Assembly: GCA_043228905.1 (NCBI GenBank)
Contig: JBHGNT010000021.1
Location: forward strand, 1,488,001 to 1,552,000
Direction of reading: 5' to 3'
Source of the DNA: Azolla caroliniana
Lineage: Eukaryota; Plantae; Polypodiophyta
DNA length: 64,000 bases
The notes under the pieces were generated by a model. It was given only the letters and a program-made list of their open reading frames with translations, was not told the origin of the DNA and searched no databases. The position numbers were made by a program, and so were the translations under genes. Shown one piece after another: positions 25,501-40,500 of this stretch. Each line of letters starts with the position of its first letter. Positions within the stretch are counted from its first letter, which is position 1.

Positions 25501-28500
25501 AAAGAAGTATGACCTCAAGATGCTTAAGAACAGTTTGAAATTGGGGAGGACTCTGCAAGTGTAGCAAGCGCCATGAAAATTCGGGGGGTACCAAGCTGTT
25601 ATTAGTAAGTATAGGAGAGCATGTCCATGCTAGAGGCCAATCCTTCATCAGAACTACCTCTTTGTAGGAGGCAAGTACTTTTCTTCGAGTACTTCCATTT
25701 GCAATAGGAAGTCCCATTTCAGCAGGCACAAAAGCGATATCACTCAAAGGTTGAAAAAAACTGCTTCCATAAATTGATGCAAAATTTGCTAAAATAGATT
25801 CTACTACCCTGCATGCAATGAGGAACACATCTTCTGAAACATTTCCCTCACCGTGTAAGTTTTCAGATGCATTCACATGCCTCATACTCTCTCTTCCCAT
25901 CTCTTCTACTTCCTTTGCAACTTCTAATAGAGCTTTTGCATCCAATGTGCATTGTAGCCCAGCTTTCCTGAGTATGTCAAGCCACTTATCAGCAGTGAAT
26001 CTCTCAGATGGAAATTTGAACAATTTATTCCTGTAAACTTCCCTAAAAACTGGCACTTTTGGGTCTAGAAGTTCTTGAGGCTGAAAAAATGTGTTTGGCA
26101 TGCCATTCTCACTTGTTACAAATTTTGTCATTGCCAAGGAAGTTATTAGACGTTCATCAAGCTGCAAAGTCTCCCAATTTGAGTATATATAAAGTAATAT
26201 GTGTTCTTGATCTTGTGCACATGAACTATTAAAGAACGGGAGACAAAATTGTAGGAGTATTTCTATATTAGATAACTCTGGGATACCAAGAACTTTGTAG
26301 TAAGTCCCACCCATTTGAGGTGGAAAAAACACTAAACACCGCTCAGTCTTAGGTTGGAAAAAGGCTTCTGGTGTAACAGTATAATGCGATGATAAACCAA
26401 TGGATGTATAAGACCCAAGAGTAGTCTTGTATATGGGTAGGGATCTCAAAAGTTCCAGGTCTGTAGTACTATAAGCAGAATCCATTGAGGAATTTGCATG
26501 AAACTCGAGTGCGAAAAGTGAAAATAAAGCATCACAATCCAAGGATCTCAAACTAGTTTCCGGTGCAATCGCATGCCCACATTGTTGCGCTCTCAACAAC
26601 TTCGACCTAATAAGTTCTCCAAGGGTTTCTCCTTGGGAAGGAAGACAGCATTTGACAACTTCACAGTCTAGAAAACTCTGATCAAACACAGGAACATTGC
26701 ACTGGTTAAGAAATGGAAACAACCAGGGATAATATTCCTGGACATACGAAAAATCCTTATCATAACCATTGAACATATCATGAAGATCATCATCGTGGTA
26801 AGACCTATCCTCAATAACTGCTGCCTCACTGTGTGCTACAACCTCGTGTGTTGATTGTGCCAGTCTGGGAGGAAAAAATATAAGATCCCGACTTTGTACT
26901 TTCACCAGTACCGTTGAATAACCTACAGCAGGAACTAAAGGCCACTGCTTAAAGAAAGAAAGATTTTCATCCGACACTTCTACATTCCTCCAAAACATCC
27001 TCAGCCACTCAGATTCCATGTTTCTTGATTCAGTATTATCCCATGGTATCCAAGCAGCTGAATTTATTCTAATTAGCCATTGTTTAGGCAAAACAAATGA
27101 GAGATTTTGAGATAGAAGCTGTGATGTGAACGGCTTTATCTGCAGTGTTTGCTGCACAGAATGATCTTTAAATACTTTAGAAAGAACGGGTCTATCTAGA
27201 CAGGTTGCGTGAATAAATCGTGCAGCTATTGGCATCAAAAGCTTTTGATGTTCAATACTTCCAACCCATAATTCTGTCTTTCCCAATTTAACAATATCAG
27301 CAGTTGCAGTTGGACATGGCAATCCTTTAAGCTCAAGGACCCATCTTTCAAAGTTCATAGCCTCTGAGCTTCTTCCAGATGAACTGGACTCTGTAATCTT
27401 CCAGCTTGCATCGGTGGCTAGGTCTCCTACAACGCCCTTTCCAAGCTGCACCAGAGTTCTTCCGATGTTCGTAACAATATCCAATGCATCCCCTGTAGCA
27501 GCTGGATATCCAACAGATATTTTTTCCTTTAAAGATTTCACTTCTTGCCTAGAATGAACATGCACACTAGAACTTCCAGTTGCATTTCCTTCATGTATCA
27601 AAGAGGCAGTTGTAGAATTGCTAGTTCCCTTAAAATCTGCATCAATTAGACTTTCATAGTCTGAGCAACTATATTCAAGCAATTCAACATATCCTTCCAC
27701 GACAGGAATCTTAGGTGCCTTTACTAACATGCGCAGAAGGTTTCTGACCATTGATGGTGTTATGACTTTAATGCCAACTCCAGCATCTTCTAGCTCTTTC
27801 ACAAGTTGAGAAGGCACTGCGAAAACTTTGTAATGCTGTTTAAGAAACTCACAAACTGCATCTGGTGGGTAATGGTTCTTTTCTCCTGTTCTTGGACTTG
27901 AAAGAAACATTCCGTCCATTGCCTTAGCAAGCAACCCCCCATGTAATTTCCACAGGGGAAGTTCTGCAAGTCTCAGGAACATTGGTTTGATTAATAACTC
28001 CACTAGCCATTTTCTATCTGACGCCCCATTATTTGACTCTTCAGCTGAAGTTTGTAGCAGCTTTTCTGAGATAGGCCACAGAGAGTAAAATTGATCGCAG
28101 AGCATTTTCCATGTTCCTTTTGGTATCGCAGAGTTGAAAGGCTGAGAGCTCTTAGAGGAAGAGTCCGCCCGTACAAGCATAGCTTCACATAGGAGATGTA
28201 TATATGATTCCTGCACACAAGACATCAGCTCTTGGTTCCATGCCATGTGTGGCAAGAATTTTATTTCTTGTACATCCGAAGTGGAAGATCCTTGCATTGC
28301 CAAATCATTCACATGGGAGCCTGGAAACAGGTGACGAAAACCATCATTGGAGACAATGAAGCAGCCTAGTATTGAAACTGGAAGCTTAGAGCTGAAGGAC
28401 AATGGCAATGGGCACAAAATGCTGCTTTCAATGAGCATTGAAGGAATGGAGCCATTACGTGATACATGTGTTGCTATACCAGCAATTGGGCTCAGGTTAT

Positions 28501-31500
28501 ACGACAAAAATTTCCTGCCAAATATTCCACAGTTTAAATATAAATATTTCTTACTGCCCAGCATGGTATGAAAGCAAACAGAATAAAAAGTAAGACTGCT
28601 GAACTGGCTATGGATTTGATTCAGAAAACGGTTGGCTAAAATAGCAGCATGGTGGAATTGCATTTTACTCTTTTAACCTTTAGTTCAGAAACCATGATTC
28701 AAAAAACATTCCTGCCAAATATTCCACAGTTTAAATATAAATATTTCTTACAGCCAAGCATGGTATGAAAGCAAACAGAATAAAAAGTAAGACTGCTGAA
28801 CTGGCTACGGATTTTATTCAGAAAACAGTTGGCTAAAATAGCAACATGGTGGAATTGCATTTTACTCTTTTAACCTTTCGTTCAGAAAACATGATTAAAA
28901 AAAAAGGGGGAAATATGCATTACCTACTCGCTGTGTTCATAACCCCTACATGATAATCAAGCTCCTCCTTCACAGAACTAATACAAGGACTCAGAGAAGA
29001 GCCCTACTAAAAATTTATGTAATTTTATATCGATAAATGGAATAATTTCAAATGTTTGCTTCACAATCAAACATTTCCGAATACAAGGGCATAGTACAGA
29101 TACCTAGTCACCACATTTCCAAATATACATGATATAGGTTTACTGAAGGAATCTATAGGTTGTTTGTTGTCCATAGGCAGGAGAATAAACATAAAGGTAC
29201 AATAACTTTATTTGCTGAAGGAATCTATAGGTTGTTTGTTATCCATAGGCAGGAGAAAAAACATAAAGTTCCAACATACCTTGCTTGACAAAGCATTAAG
29301 CATAGGTCTTTGGAGAGAAGAAATTACCTATCAAGTGCAATATTCTTTGTTTGACCACAACCAAAGCTTAAGACGACGATCCATTTATCTATTATGCAGT
29401 TGCCTTCTTCATTAATAAAAACATCGACAGTATTAATCTTTGTCATATTAGTTGAACCATTGAAAATTGTTGAAAGCTGAAATTTCTTTGAGCTCTTCCC
29501 TTGAAATGGATTACGGGAAACAACACATGCTGGGTCTACTTTAACTGAGAAATACTCTCTTGATTTCTCTTCACTGGCTTGCCATGTTAACAGATTCACC
29601 TGAGTAAGAAAGGTGTTAAAAACTCTTTCAAAATATCTAATGTGCAAAAATAAAGGTTACTAACATTCACCATAGATGCGTACAGATTTGTCTCAAGCAG
29701 TGTCATCTACAGGGACATATAATATCACCACTACACTCAATTCTAACTCTGGGATTGAACCATATAGTTTAGCCAAGTAATGACCAATCATGAGAGTCCG
29801 ATAATTTCTAGGTGGGATCTACTCTTGAAGATCCGTACACTGGTATGTTCAGTCCAGGTAGCGGCGAAAATCTACATATAGCTCTATAAGAGAAGAATAT
29901 AGTTATCCAAACCAATTAAAAAGGATGTTACCTATCCAGAAGATGTTTCAATTATACTATATGAAACACAAAGGAATATTCATGACAGCAATGCACACAA
30001 ATGGAGAAGACCACGTATCTTACAGCTTCAACTGAATTCAAGAACAATAGTGCTGTGGATGCATGTTTGATGAAGTTCTTGAGCGTGTTCTCAACAGCAA
30101 CTTCACTTGATTGACTTCTGAATATTGTTTTCGTGTCATCAGAAGATGATTTTATGGCTAATGGCATGCGCAATATAGTTGTGTTTGATTTTTTCCACGA
30201 GAGATTTTGATTAATGGAAAATGGAAGAAACTGATCAGCAAACCTTTGAGGTATATCAGTACCTGTAGATGTGAAAGAATACAAACAAAAATAAAAATTG
30301 AACCGTATAATGGAAAAAAAATAGCCCTACAAAAAAAACTAGGAACTTCAAAACATGAAACCATTTATCGTCTCTCAAACTTCTAGCAAGACCAATTCTT
30401 GTGTCATATTTTAAACACTCTCATTCACATAAATGTTTTCTGTTAGTGGTCTCATTGTATGTAGAGAAAATGGAAGTACTCTATGGTAGACAAACCAAGC
30501 AATAAAAATCACAGCATACAGGAAAAGTAAGTTAGAGAAAGAGACCACATGGCAATTCTGGTTTTTCCATATATAAAGCATTGTTTTACAAAAAAAAAAG
30601 ACAAGAAAGTTTCAGCCAGATGTTCCCACACCTAGTTTCAGAGCCTGAAGTATGATAGTTTAGGCAATGCATTATTTGGAGGATATTATATTGTTGCCTT
30701 CTGAATGATAGCAACACATTCAATAGAATCTCTGGAGAGTGAATTTACTAGATAATACAGGAAAAAGATGGTTCATAGATGGTTCATAGATGGTGAAGCA
30801 TGCATCTAAAATTTTCAAAGTTTGTGTTAGGTTAATGACATTAGGTTGGCTTTCTAGTCGTAGATGGTTTTTATAAACGATATCTAATGTGAACCTCCAC
30901 AACAAGGGTAATAGCATGCTCTCACTTGACACTAGAAGACCATATGGAGGTAGTTGTCCCATAAATGGCCACAAATTTGGTAAAAAACATTTGCGTATGA
31001 TCCATTTTTGTGAATGCATGCCAATATGTGTCAACTCAGCATTTCATTTTCAGCATTTCAGCTGTATCATGTTTCACCTATAATTTATTAATTTCATGTT
31101 CAGCCGTTTCACTGTTTCACATTTCAGTTGTTTCGTGTTTCACTTGGACTGGTCAATTTGAGAAATGCTCCATGCTATTGAATGTTTCACATTTGAACTT
31201 ACCCTGGAATGTATATGCTTTTCCTTTTGGTGATTTCATTGATGAAGAATCTTTGCCATTGCTGAAAGATGGTGCCAAAATCTCACCGGAAGGGTCAAAA
31301 AGATACAAGCATTCACTAGATATCAGGAACAGAACATCTGCAATATTGTAGCAGCTTAACAGGCCTCCTCCATAATTGCTGTTTTGTCCCCTGCGACTCC
31401 ATGATGGAGACATCTGCAAATTACAGACTTCCTCTGTAGTGAGATCTGCCCCCTCCAGTACTATTGTCAATGCAGCTCCTTGGAATTGACCTGAGAGTTG

Positions 31501-34500
31501 TGAAAAGAAAAAATGTAGCATTCACATTCTTAACAAAAAAAGCAGTTTAAATGCATTTGTACTCACCTAAATTTGGCTGAAGAATAGAAGTTTGTGGATG
31601 AGTTCGCTTGTCATATATAACATGTACAGTGTGCGCTTTGCATTTATCAGCAATCTCAAGAATATCAAATAATACAGACTCTCCTTCCCCGTAATTTGCA
31701 ATAATGTGGGAGATGTCATTCAATGAGAGACAGGGCAAGTCCTTGGTCATCTCTTTATCCACAAATGATAAATAACGCAATGACTTTGCTCCAAGTCTAT
31801 CTGCGAGATCATTCTGCACACTTGGATGAACAAAATGTTTCATTTCTGCAAGCCCTGGTATGCTCTTTGCAAGCCAGGGAGCGTCGTTGTAGACAAGATC
31901 TTTGGCAGGAACAAGGACCGAATTTGCATCTGGAACCAGAATTGTCCTTAATAAATTCTCATCCAGCATGCGTTTATTAGAAACCAAAAACTCATCGATG
32001 GCTTCCAGCAGTCGAACAACAAAATCTAGTAGCTCATTGCTTAATGATTGCCCCCTCATGTCCATTGACACACGTTTCAGTGCATAAACAAAGTCCATGA
32101 CATCAAATGACTCCCTAACTCCCAATGCTAAAAGTAAACTTCTATTTCCAGATAGATCTGAAGGAACCATGTGCAAATATGGCTGAAAATGTGACGGTGA
32201 AACAAAAGCTGCCTGTTTAGGATCCACAAAACCATCTCCCACCCACACCCAAGGAGCACTTTCAAGCATACTCTGCAACCTCGGTATATCCTCTGAATTA
32301 AGAGAATCTTCAATAAGGCTGTAGATTGCTGAAATTTTGTTACCAATAATTTGGTTAAAGTTCATATGTTTATCTGTAACATGTGATTTTGAACATAGTA
32401 GAGCATGGTGCTCTGATAGGTTGATTAGCTGCATAGCGAGTATGCTTAAATTTGGCTTTTCTAGCCAACCAAGCTTAGACATCATAAGCATTGAGTTGAA
32501 ATCACCATCAAGAATGCGCATGGTAGCAGACACATGCCACATCTGAGATTGTGGCCTAACAATCTTCGGAGGAACTACCAATTGTTTCAACCCCTTTGGC
32601 CATGGAAGTTCTGGAATTGGAGCATTAAGCAAAGCTGGACACCAACTGATGCCATTTAATTCAATCCAAAATGGAGTATTGTCACTAAAAATAAAGGCAT
32701 CGTCAACTGATGCAGAATTTTCCAAATAATTTGAATCTTTGGAATCAATTATAATATCTTTTTCCAACGTAACAGTGGTTTCATCCAGCAGCATTCTATT
32801 GTCAGAAGCTTTCATCTCCATCTCAAGACCCAATTTGTCAATGTGAGCTAGTAAGCATTTCCCCATATCAAAGGCTCTCTGCTCATTTTCTACAGCCACA
32901 GTTGCAATAGAATTTGCACTGTCAATCAGATCTTTTAGGCCCAATGATGATTTCAGACCAAAATGAATCAGAGAATCCAGCAAAATATCCTCTGAAAATG
33001 TTTGTGCAGGAAAAAATCGTCCATCTAATAATGAATGTAATTCATGTATGCGAGGATCATACAAACTGCCAAAAATAGGAAGCCAATGTATTGGTTTAAA
33101 CATGACAATAACTTATCAAGAAACCCAAACACAAACAATGAATGTTGGATTATTATTTTAATGCACTAATTATTTGCTAATCATTGTCAGGTATGCTGCG
33201 TACTGTATCAAGAGATATTGGCTACATTTTTAGCTAGTAAAGAATGCAGAATAACAAGTTGAAAACTGTGAATCTTATGTGAAAACCAAAGAACACAGGG
33301 TTGAACACATCCTCCGTGAAAAATGCAACAATGGATATATCAACAGACAACAAACATTCAGACAAGAGGGCATACATATGCTCCTCAAAATCTTTTTGAC
33401 ACAGCATGAAACTGATAAGCGTAATAATCGCCTAAGCATTCAATATGTGTCAGAAATAGGTTGGCATAATGGATCTGGAAGTGAGATACCCATATGATCC
33501 ACAAATGGGTATATGCATTTGAAATAGGTGGACATCATAGAGCTGGTGTCGCACCATGAGTATAAGTGCATGTATCTCATGGGACACATTTCAGGAATGG
33601 GGATGAGACCAAATAGGCATCCCTGCTAGGGTCAGAGCAGACTCAAGAAAAACACACAATAGGGAATGGTTTAGCCCTGTGGCTATGGTGTACAAGCAAG
33701 CACACAAGTGTATATCACATGCATGGGAATTGGTACATTGTCAAACATTTTCCTTGAGGCAAACTACGACAAGCATTTTCCCTATGGTCTCACAAGCCAA
33801 TTTGTCCTCTTAAAATATGTTAGCATATTTTTCTTTCTTTCATCCGAAGCAATCTTTAACCCCATCTTCACAGCACATTGAAGAACATATTCTTCTTTGA
33901 CGCTATAGCATTTTGTTCCAAGTATAGCATGGCCTTCATGTTAAAGTTCTCCACCACCAATTACATATAACCAAAAAAAAGGTTAGTTGGATAATGTAAT
34001 GGTCACTTTCGGATAAATGAGAGGCCCAAAATTAGATATTTCATCAACTTTTCTTCAACTCTCTTTATTTGACCAAAGTTTCTCTATCTATATGGCAATA
34101 AGGCAATACATGATTGTTAACTTCCATCATTTCCAATGCAGAACATTGTGGAATCTATTCTTATAGACATGATTGTTGGATTGCTTTATAAAACTAATGC
34201 TACAATCTCTTAAAGTTTCACTTTCATTGGTTTTGATGCACTGATGGAACTACAGTTAACCCAGAACAAGTCATTCTCATCACTTGCAACCATTCTCCTT
34301 GCAGAAGTTCTTTTGCCTATTTGATTGCATGGACAACACTCTGCAATCACTAGATTTCTGTTCATTTTCCTCTTTGGCACAAAAATAGGGGTTATGATGA
34401 CTGTATGTAAAGTTCATTAGAATCATTGTGTGGCCTGATTTTGAACCTAGCAACCTAGAAAACTCTAAAACGCAACCCAGAAAAAAACAGTTCCCAAAAG

Positions 34501-37500
34501 GGTTCAACCGTAAAAGAACAATTGGCAGAGGGTGAGGAGGGGCAGCTTAGAGGACCCATCAGAACTACATCTGGGCAAAAACAGATGCAATCATTTATCA
34601 CAGATCAGATTTTTTGGATATACAAACATCATGGATGTTATACAACCATAATCCCTAGAGATCGATGCACTTACCAGACTCATATCCAACCTCAAAAGTT
34701 TAGTATACTGAAGGGCATATTTATGCAAATTGCTTTAATTGCTTTTGGTCAGAATTGTCATTGACCATATTGGTCATTGCAATGATTTTTGAGGGTTTTC
34801 AACTTTTATAATCGTATTATAATTGCAGTAATTCAAATAAAATATGACAAAAACAGAGAAGTATTTGTATTGTGTGTGTGTATGTGTGTGTTAGAATGCA
34901 AGGGACACATACTCTTTAGGTGCTTTCAATCTGCTGTCTGCATTCGGAATTATTGGCGCCTCAGATAGAATGCTTTTCAACGATGGAACTTCATTTTCCA
35001 TGGGAAGGAAATTCTTAATTAAATTTAAAATTATCCTTTCATGCACAACCAGAGGAATTTTGTGCAAGTTCTTGAATGCAAAATGTTCATAATATTCTTG
35101 TTTTCCTATTTTCTTAACACCTAGAAACTCTGTGAGAATGCTTTCTTCCTTTTCTGACTCTGGCTGAACGAAGTCGTTGCCGAGGAGCTCTACATCTACA
35201 TCATTCGGTGGTAAGATGAGAACATTATCAGATAAATTGACAAAAGAAGATTTTCTGAAGGACTTGAAGATTGAGAGATGCTTTAAAATTTCAATATGAA
35301 CATCTTGTAAACAGCCATTTGCAAACCACTTTTTCTGAAGAAGAAAGCCCCTGAGTTCTTGCATTTCCATTCCTGTGATATCTTTTAATATTTTTGGCAC
35401 ATTTTTTAAACCACCAGCTGCTGAAAGGAAAGTCTCTAGAAGACCAGAAGCAGTTGCATCATGAACATACTCTCCCAACTGAGCATGTTCAATAATAAAG
35501 GATGAGCTAAGAATAAAACAATTAGCTTTTTGAAGCACGTTGACTAGGTTCTCACTCCATCTGTCACCCACTATTATACTTGAATCTTTAGTTAACTGAA
35601 ATAAATGGTTCTCATCTGAGGTGGGGAGAAGAGGCCAACCTAAAAACAGAGATAAATCAGCTGAATTTATATTAAAGAAACTCCATAACAGGTCCATCCA
35701 TTCTCGAGTAGGATGCACATTTTGGGCAGCATTCCAGTTAACTAGATGTTTTCCATGCCAATCTGAAGGAAGAATGGTGGGAAGAAGATCTCTTAACAGG
35801 ATGGCAGAGAGAGGATAAATGTTTATGCTACCAATTTTGGCGATATCATGCAGATCCTTTAATAGATCAGGCTCAATTGTTGGATCCACAATTCTGTCTA
35901 ATAATTTGTCTTTTAATAGCTTGAATCCAATTTCATCTGCAACAAAAATCTTCTCTGCTGTTCTGGATCCAGAGAAAGTTCCAAACTTTCCATTTGCAAG
36001 AGGGACCAGAGGCAATCCCTCCAGTTTTTCCACAGCTTCAGTCTTTTCAATGTCACTTAAACAGTATTTCAAAGCTGCAAGCATGGCGGTCCGATTGTTC
36101 AAAGCATGATTTCTCCTGGCCAAAGAGTTTCTCAACATCTGCGGTCGCATGAATCTTAACGATGGACAATTCTCCTCGAATTTTGATACTACAGATTTCG
36201 GTGCATTGATTATAGTTAATCCTGCATCAGCTAGTGCATGTCCAAGTTCAACAGCTTGCAAATAAGAGTAATCTGGAAAAACTGCTTTCTTTGGTGATAT
36301 CCAGAGACCACCTCTTGCAGTAGTATAAAGAAGTGGAATATCCATTTCCACCGCTGACAAATAAACATTGTGCAAAAGGATGTTCCAAGGCTCAGGAGGT
36401 GAGCCTGTTGGCCAGAGTGAGAAATACTCCTCATATGGACCTAGCTCACAAGCCATTTTGGCAAGCAGATGAACATATGCACAAGAAGACACCTCTTTTA
36501 GGAGACAGCAGTTCCATTCAGAACGTAACTTACCTCCACCAGCCATATCATCACCATACCAAATATCTCTACGATTGGATGAGAGCTCAAAGTAAGCATT
36601 CACGTGAACTGGAAGACCCGTTTTGACAGGTAATGGTAGAAAACAAAAGGCACGCCCCTCCAATGATACACATTTCCCACCATAAACATCAGCACGCCTC
36701 AAGTTATTATCCATGTTAGCTTCATATTCTTCTCCTATTTTTGCGGCCACACCTGCCCATGGAACAAAACCATGTGTCTGATTTTCTTTTTTTGCAGCCA
36801 TTTCTATGGCATGTTTTCCTCCAAGGTATTCACTAACCATCCAACGCTGGGAAAACTCTTTTTCAAATTCGTGTCTGGTGATACTAATCAGTTGGCAATC
36901 AGACGGTAACATTTTGTCTGGTGTATTTTGCAGTCGTTTGTAAAATTCATCTTTATCTTTCGCCTGAGTCTTAAGGCCACTAACAAATTTATATACTGAT
37001 TGATCATGTGAACCATCTCTCTCAACTCGATAGATCATTTTCATGTCTTTATCCATCCCTTCACGGAAATACAAATTTATGCAAGTAACATTGTGCAAAA
37101 ACAAAAGCACCTCAGAAGCAATATTCTGGAAATTCTTGAACAAGTTTAACACCATGTCAGGACTGTAGGCAGTCTGCTTGATCTGACTATAAGCTGCAGT
37201 TATATTATTTCTGAGAGGGAATCGAAAAAGTGTGCCATTGTAATTGTGTTGTAAGTCACACCCAAATAGGAAATATGGATAAAATTGATCAGGGAACTGC
37301 AAGGCTATGCCTTTACCTACAAACTTTATTTTCAAACCAGGATGAGATGGTGATATTCCTGGCAGATGACTGGCATGCGGATCGAATATCACAAAATTAT
37401 CCCCAGATACAAAACTGGGCACATCTGTAAAATGGTAGACAGAATTAAAACCAAGCCCAAAACGACCAACAGAATGAGGTTTCTCAAGCTTGCTGTCTTG

Positions 37501-40500
37501 TCCAATCCTTGAAATAGCATGCAAATCCTTTGACGAGAAGACAGAGTTATTGTAACAGTACAAAGCTGGACCCTGCCACTCTGACATTTTAGGAGAAAGT
37601 ATAGATGAGGCCCCATACTGGCTTTGATCAAGAAGAAAGCTGACTTCTGAAGCACCAGCATCATCTGAATTCTGTAAAAGCTCGCACAGAATTCCTGGAC
37701 CATCAGCATACATATCCACAATGTGTTTCAGTCTAGTTGTCAATGCTTCATGTTGACCAAATGCTTCAGCTGATCCATGCAAAGTCATGTTCATAGAATC
37801 AGCACTTTCTGCAAGAAGTAATCTGCGCAATGATTTGACACCAAGCCTTTCTGCAACATCATTAGATATATTTGCATGCACAAATTTTGGCATGATCAAG
37901 TTACTGAACACTCCATTGAGAGAGACGGTTCCAGGTTCTGAATCACCTAAAAGCCAGGGAGCATCACCATAAGCAAGTTCTGAAGCTGATACAAGGATAC
38001 CACGCACATCTGGAAGGAAAATTTCGCCACTAAAAGTTGAATCTGCTAAATGCTGGAGAATCCAAATGGTTGTTTTTAATTCATGAGAATCTAGGGGCAT
38101 ACCACCCTTTTGTTTGGAGATTTTTGACAAGATAGAGACAAAGTCTTGAATTGTTAAAGACTCCTTCACACCCAACTCTACCAGAAGTTCTTTAAAGACA
38201 GCAACATCTGCTGGTATGACCCACAAGTATGGAGCAAGATGAAGTGGCCCATCCAAAACAACATCCTGTACAGTCACAAATCTATCACCAACCCAGACCC
38301 ACTGACATCCCTCTAAAATGGTCTTAACAACATCAAGGTCTTCAGTACCAATCTTTTCAGTCAAAATTGTGTACATTTTGGGAATGATGGTTGCAAGAGC
38401 TTGCTTTAATCCCTTACTCTCAGCATTCATTGTGTTCTTACCCAGTTCAAGAAGCTGTGCTGCAATTATATTTCCCCCTAATGGTTCAGTCCAGCCCAAT
38501 TTCTGTGATAAAAATGTAGAACGGCAGTCCCCATTCAAAATGCGCATGCTGGCTGAGGCCAACCACAAATCTGAGGGTAGACGCACCAATCTTGGAGGAG
38601 CAACTGAAGTCGTTACTAATGGCCAAGGTAGGCCGGGATGAGTTGGTTTCACCAAAACAGGGCACCAACAAATGGAACACAACTCATTCCAGAACTTTTT
38701 GGAAATGTTTGTGTCAGACCTCTGATTCTGAAAGAAGTCAGACACTTTGAGAAACATGTTGATTCCATCACCTATAGTCGTTGGAAATAGTTTTGCTGCA
38801 TTGTTCTCCAAATATGTTAAGAGTAAAAATCCACGAATGTTGGCTTCATCAGGGATTTGTTCCTGCAACATCTCAACCTGACGAGCACTTCGAAGAACAG
38901 TCTCAGGTGAAACCACTGTCTGCAGGCCGAGGGTTTGCAATGCATCGAGAATCTCGTCACTTCTAAATTCTTCTGATGGAAATGATTCTTCTTTATCCAG
39001 AAGAGATTTAAACTCCTCTATGCGAGGATCATATAGATTTTTTGGAAATTGAAGGTCACCATTTGATGTTGGAATAAAAGCTAGGTTCCTCAAAAGGTCT
39101 TTGAGAGAGGAATCTTGCAAGCACAAAAGAGGAAGTTCCTTCAAAATAGTTTTCATGGATTTGTTTCTAATATCTGACTTTAGCTCCCCAATCCGATTGA
39201 TTACCCTGAATCTGAAAAAAGTGGCTCTTTTCATCTTTTCTACATTCAGAATCCTGGCTAGTATTTCAATTTCTTCAGTGGATTGAGTATAAAGAAAGTA
39301 TTCTCCAATCAGAGATTCATCAACATTAGAGGGTGGAATAAACCACTTCCTGCTAACAAGGTCAACAAATGTTTTATCATTGCAACCAGACGGATCAAAT
39401 AATTCAAAAATCGGCAGACTTTTAAGAATCTGCAAATTATTTTCTCGTAAGTGATGGCTTTCTCTGTACCACTTCATATCAAGAAAAAAATCATGAAGTT
39501 CAGACCTTTGCTTATTGCTGATATTTGAAAACATTTTATCATATGTATGACCTGAATAAACAGACAAAGATGAAATTGCCTCCAAGATGCCTTGTAGATT
39601 TGGCAAATGTACACAGTTTGGCAAGAATTCATGATTAATTTGAAGATCAGATCTCATAACACGGCAGCCAACTTCAACCAGAATCTTTTCTAAGGTTTGT
39701 GGCAAATTTCCATCACTTTTTACAATCCCCAAACTTTTTTTCGCTCTGCACATAAAGCCGCCAATGGTTGGAATAATGGGCCAATCATCAAATAAAGAAA
39801 ATTCTGCAAAAGAATCTCTTAAATAATCCCAAAAAGTAGCCATCCAAACCTCCCTTGGATGAGCCTCAATAATTCCTGGCAACCACTTTACTTCATCCTG
39901 ACCTTTCCATTCTACAGGTAGAATCTCAACTAGAAGCATCAGAAAGTCGGTATTACTCAAGAATTTTATGTTTGTACTGGAGACATCAGCAATCTGAGAT
40001 AGCCTTTGGAAGAGGACAGGGGGGATTTTTCGCTCAATGAGCCTACTTTTAACCTTGTCCAGCAGGTAATGCTGTTTCTCAGAGCAAATAAAGTAAGATA
40101 CCTTCGCACTTTTGTCTCCAAATACTCCATATCTTCCATTTGATAAGGGAATGAGCGCCAATTCAGAGAGACTGGCCAATGCTTCGCTATCAATAACATC
40201 ACCGAGGCAATAGTCCAATAAATTGAATCCCAAATCCTGGGTTAAATGAAGACAATTGATGTCGACCTTTTGGAGGTATTGCCTTAGAAAACTTGGAGAA
40301 ACCATTCTGAAGGTGTGGTTATCAGATATCATATCGAGTAAAGCCTTCGGAAGGCGCACAATTGGAAGCCCCACAGCAATAAGTGCAGAAGCTAAATCTT
40401 CCGAGTTCTGAGTATCTTCATCATGGATGACTGCTTGTGAAGGTGTAATCCATTTTCCCCCATCAAGATGTGAGTAGAGAAGAGGATATTCTGATATGCA

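Noticed and set aside
28515-28663. ATG-initiated start of the 1061-aa ORF as a separate gene
   Set aside because: This stretch is intronic; the large ORFs from 23619 to 43442 join in phase into one sacsin CDS.
29750-29880. Organellar insertion or structured RNA (GGATCT...AGATCC hairpin)
   Set aside because: The minus-strand translation matches the RTE-like RT fragment instead.
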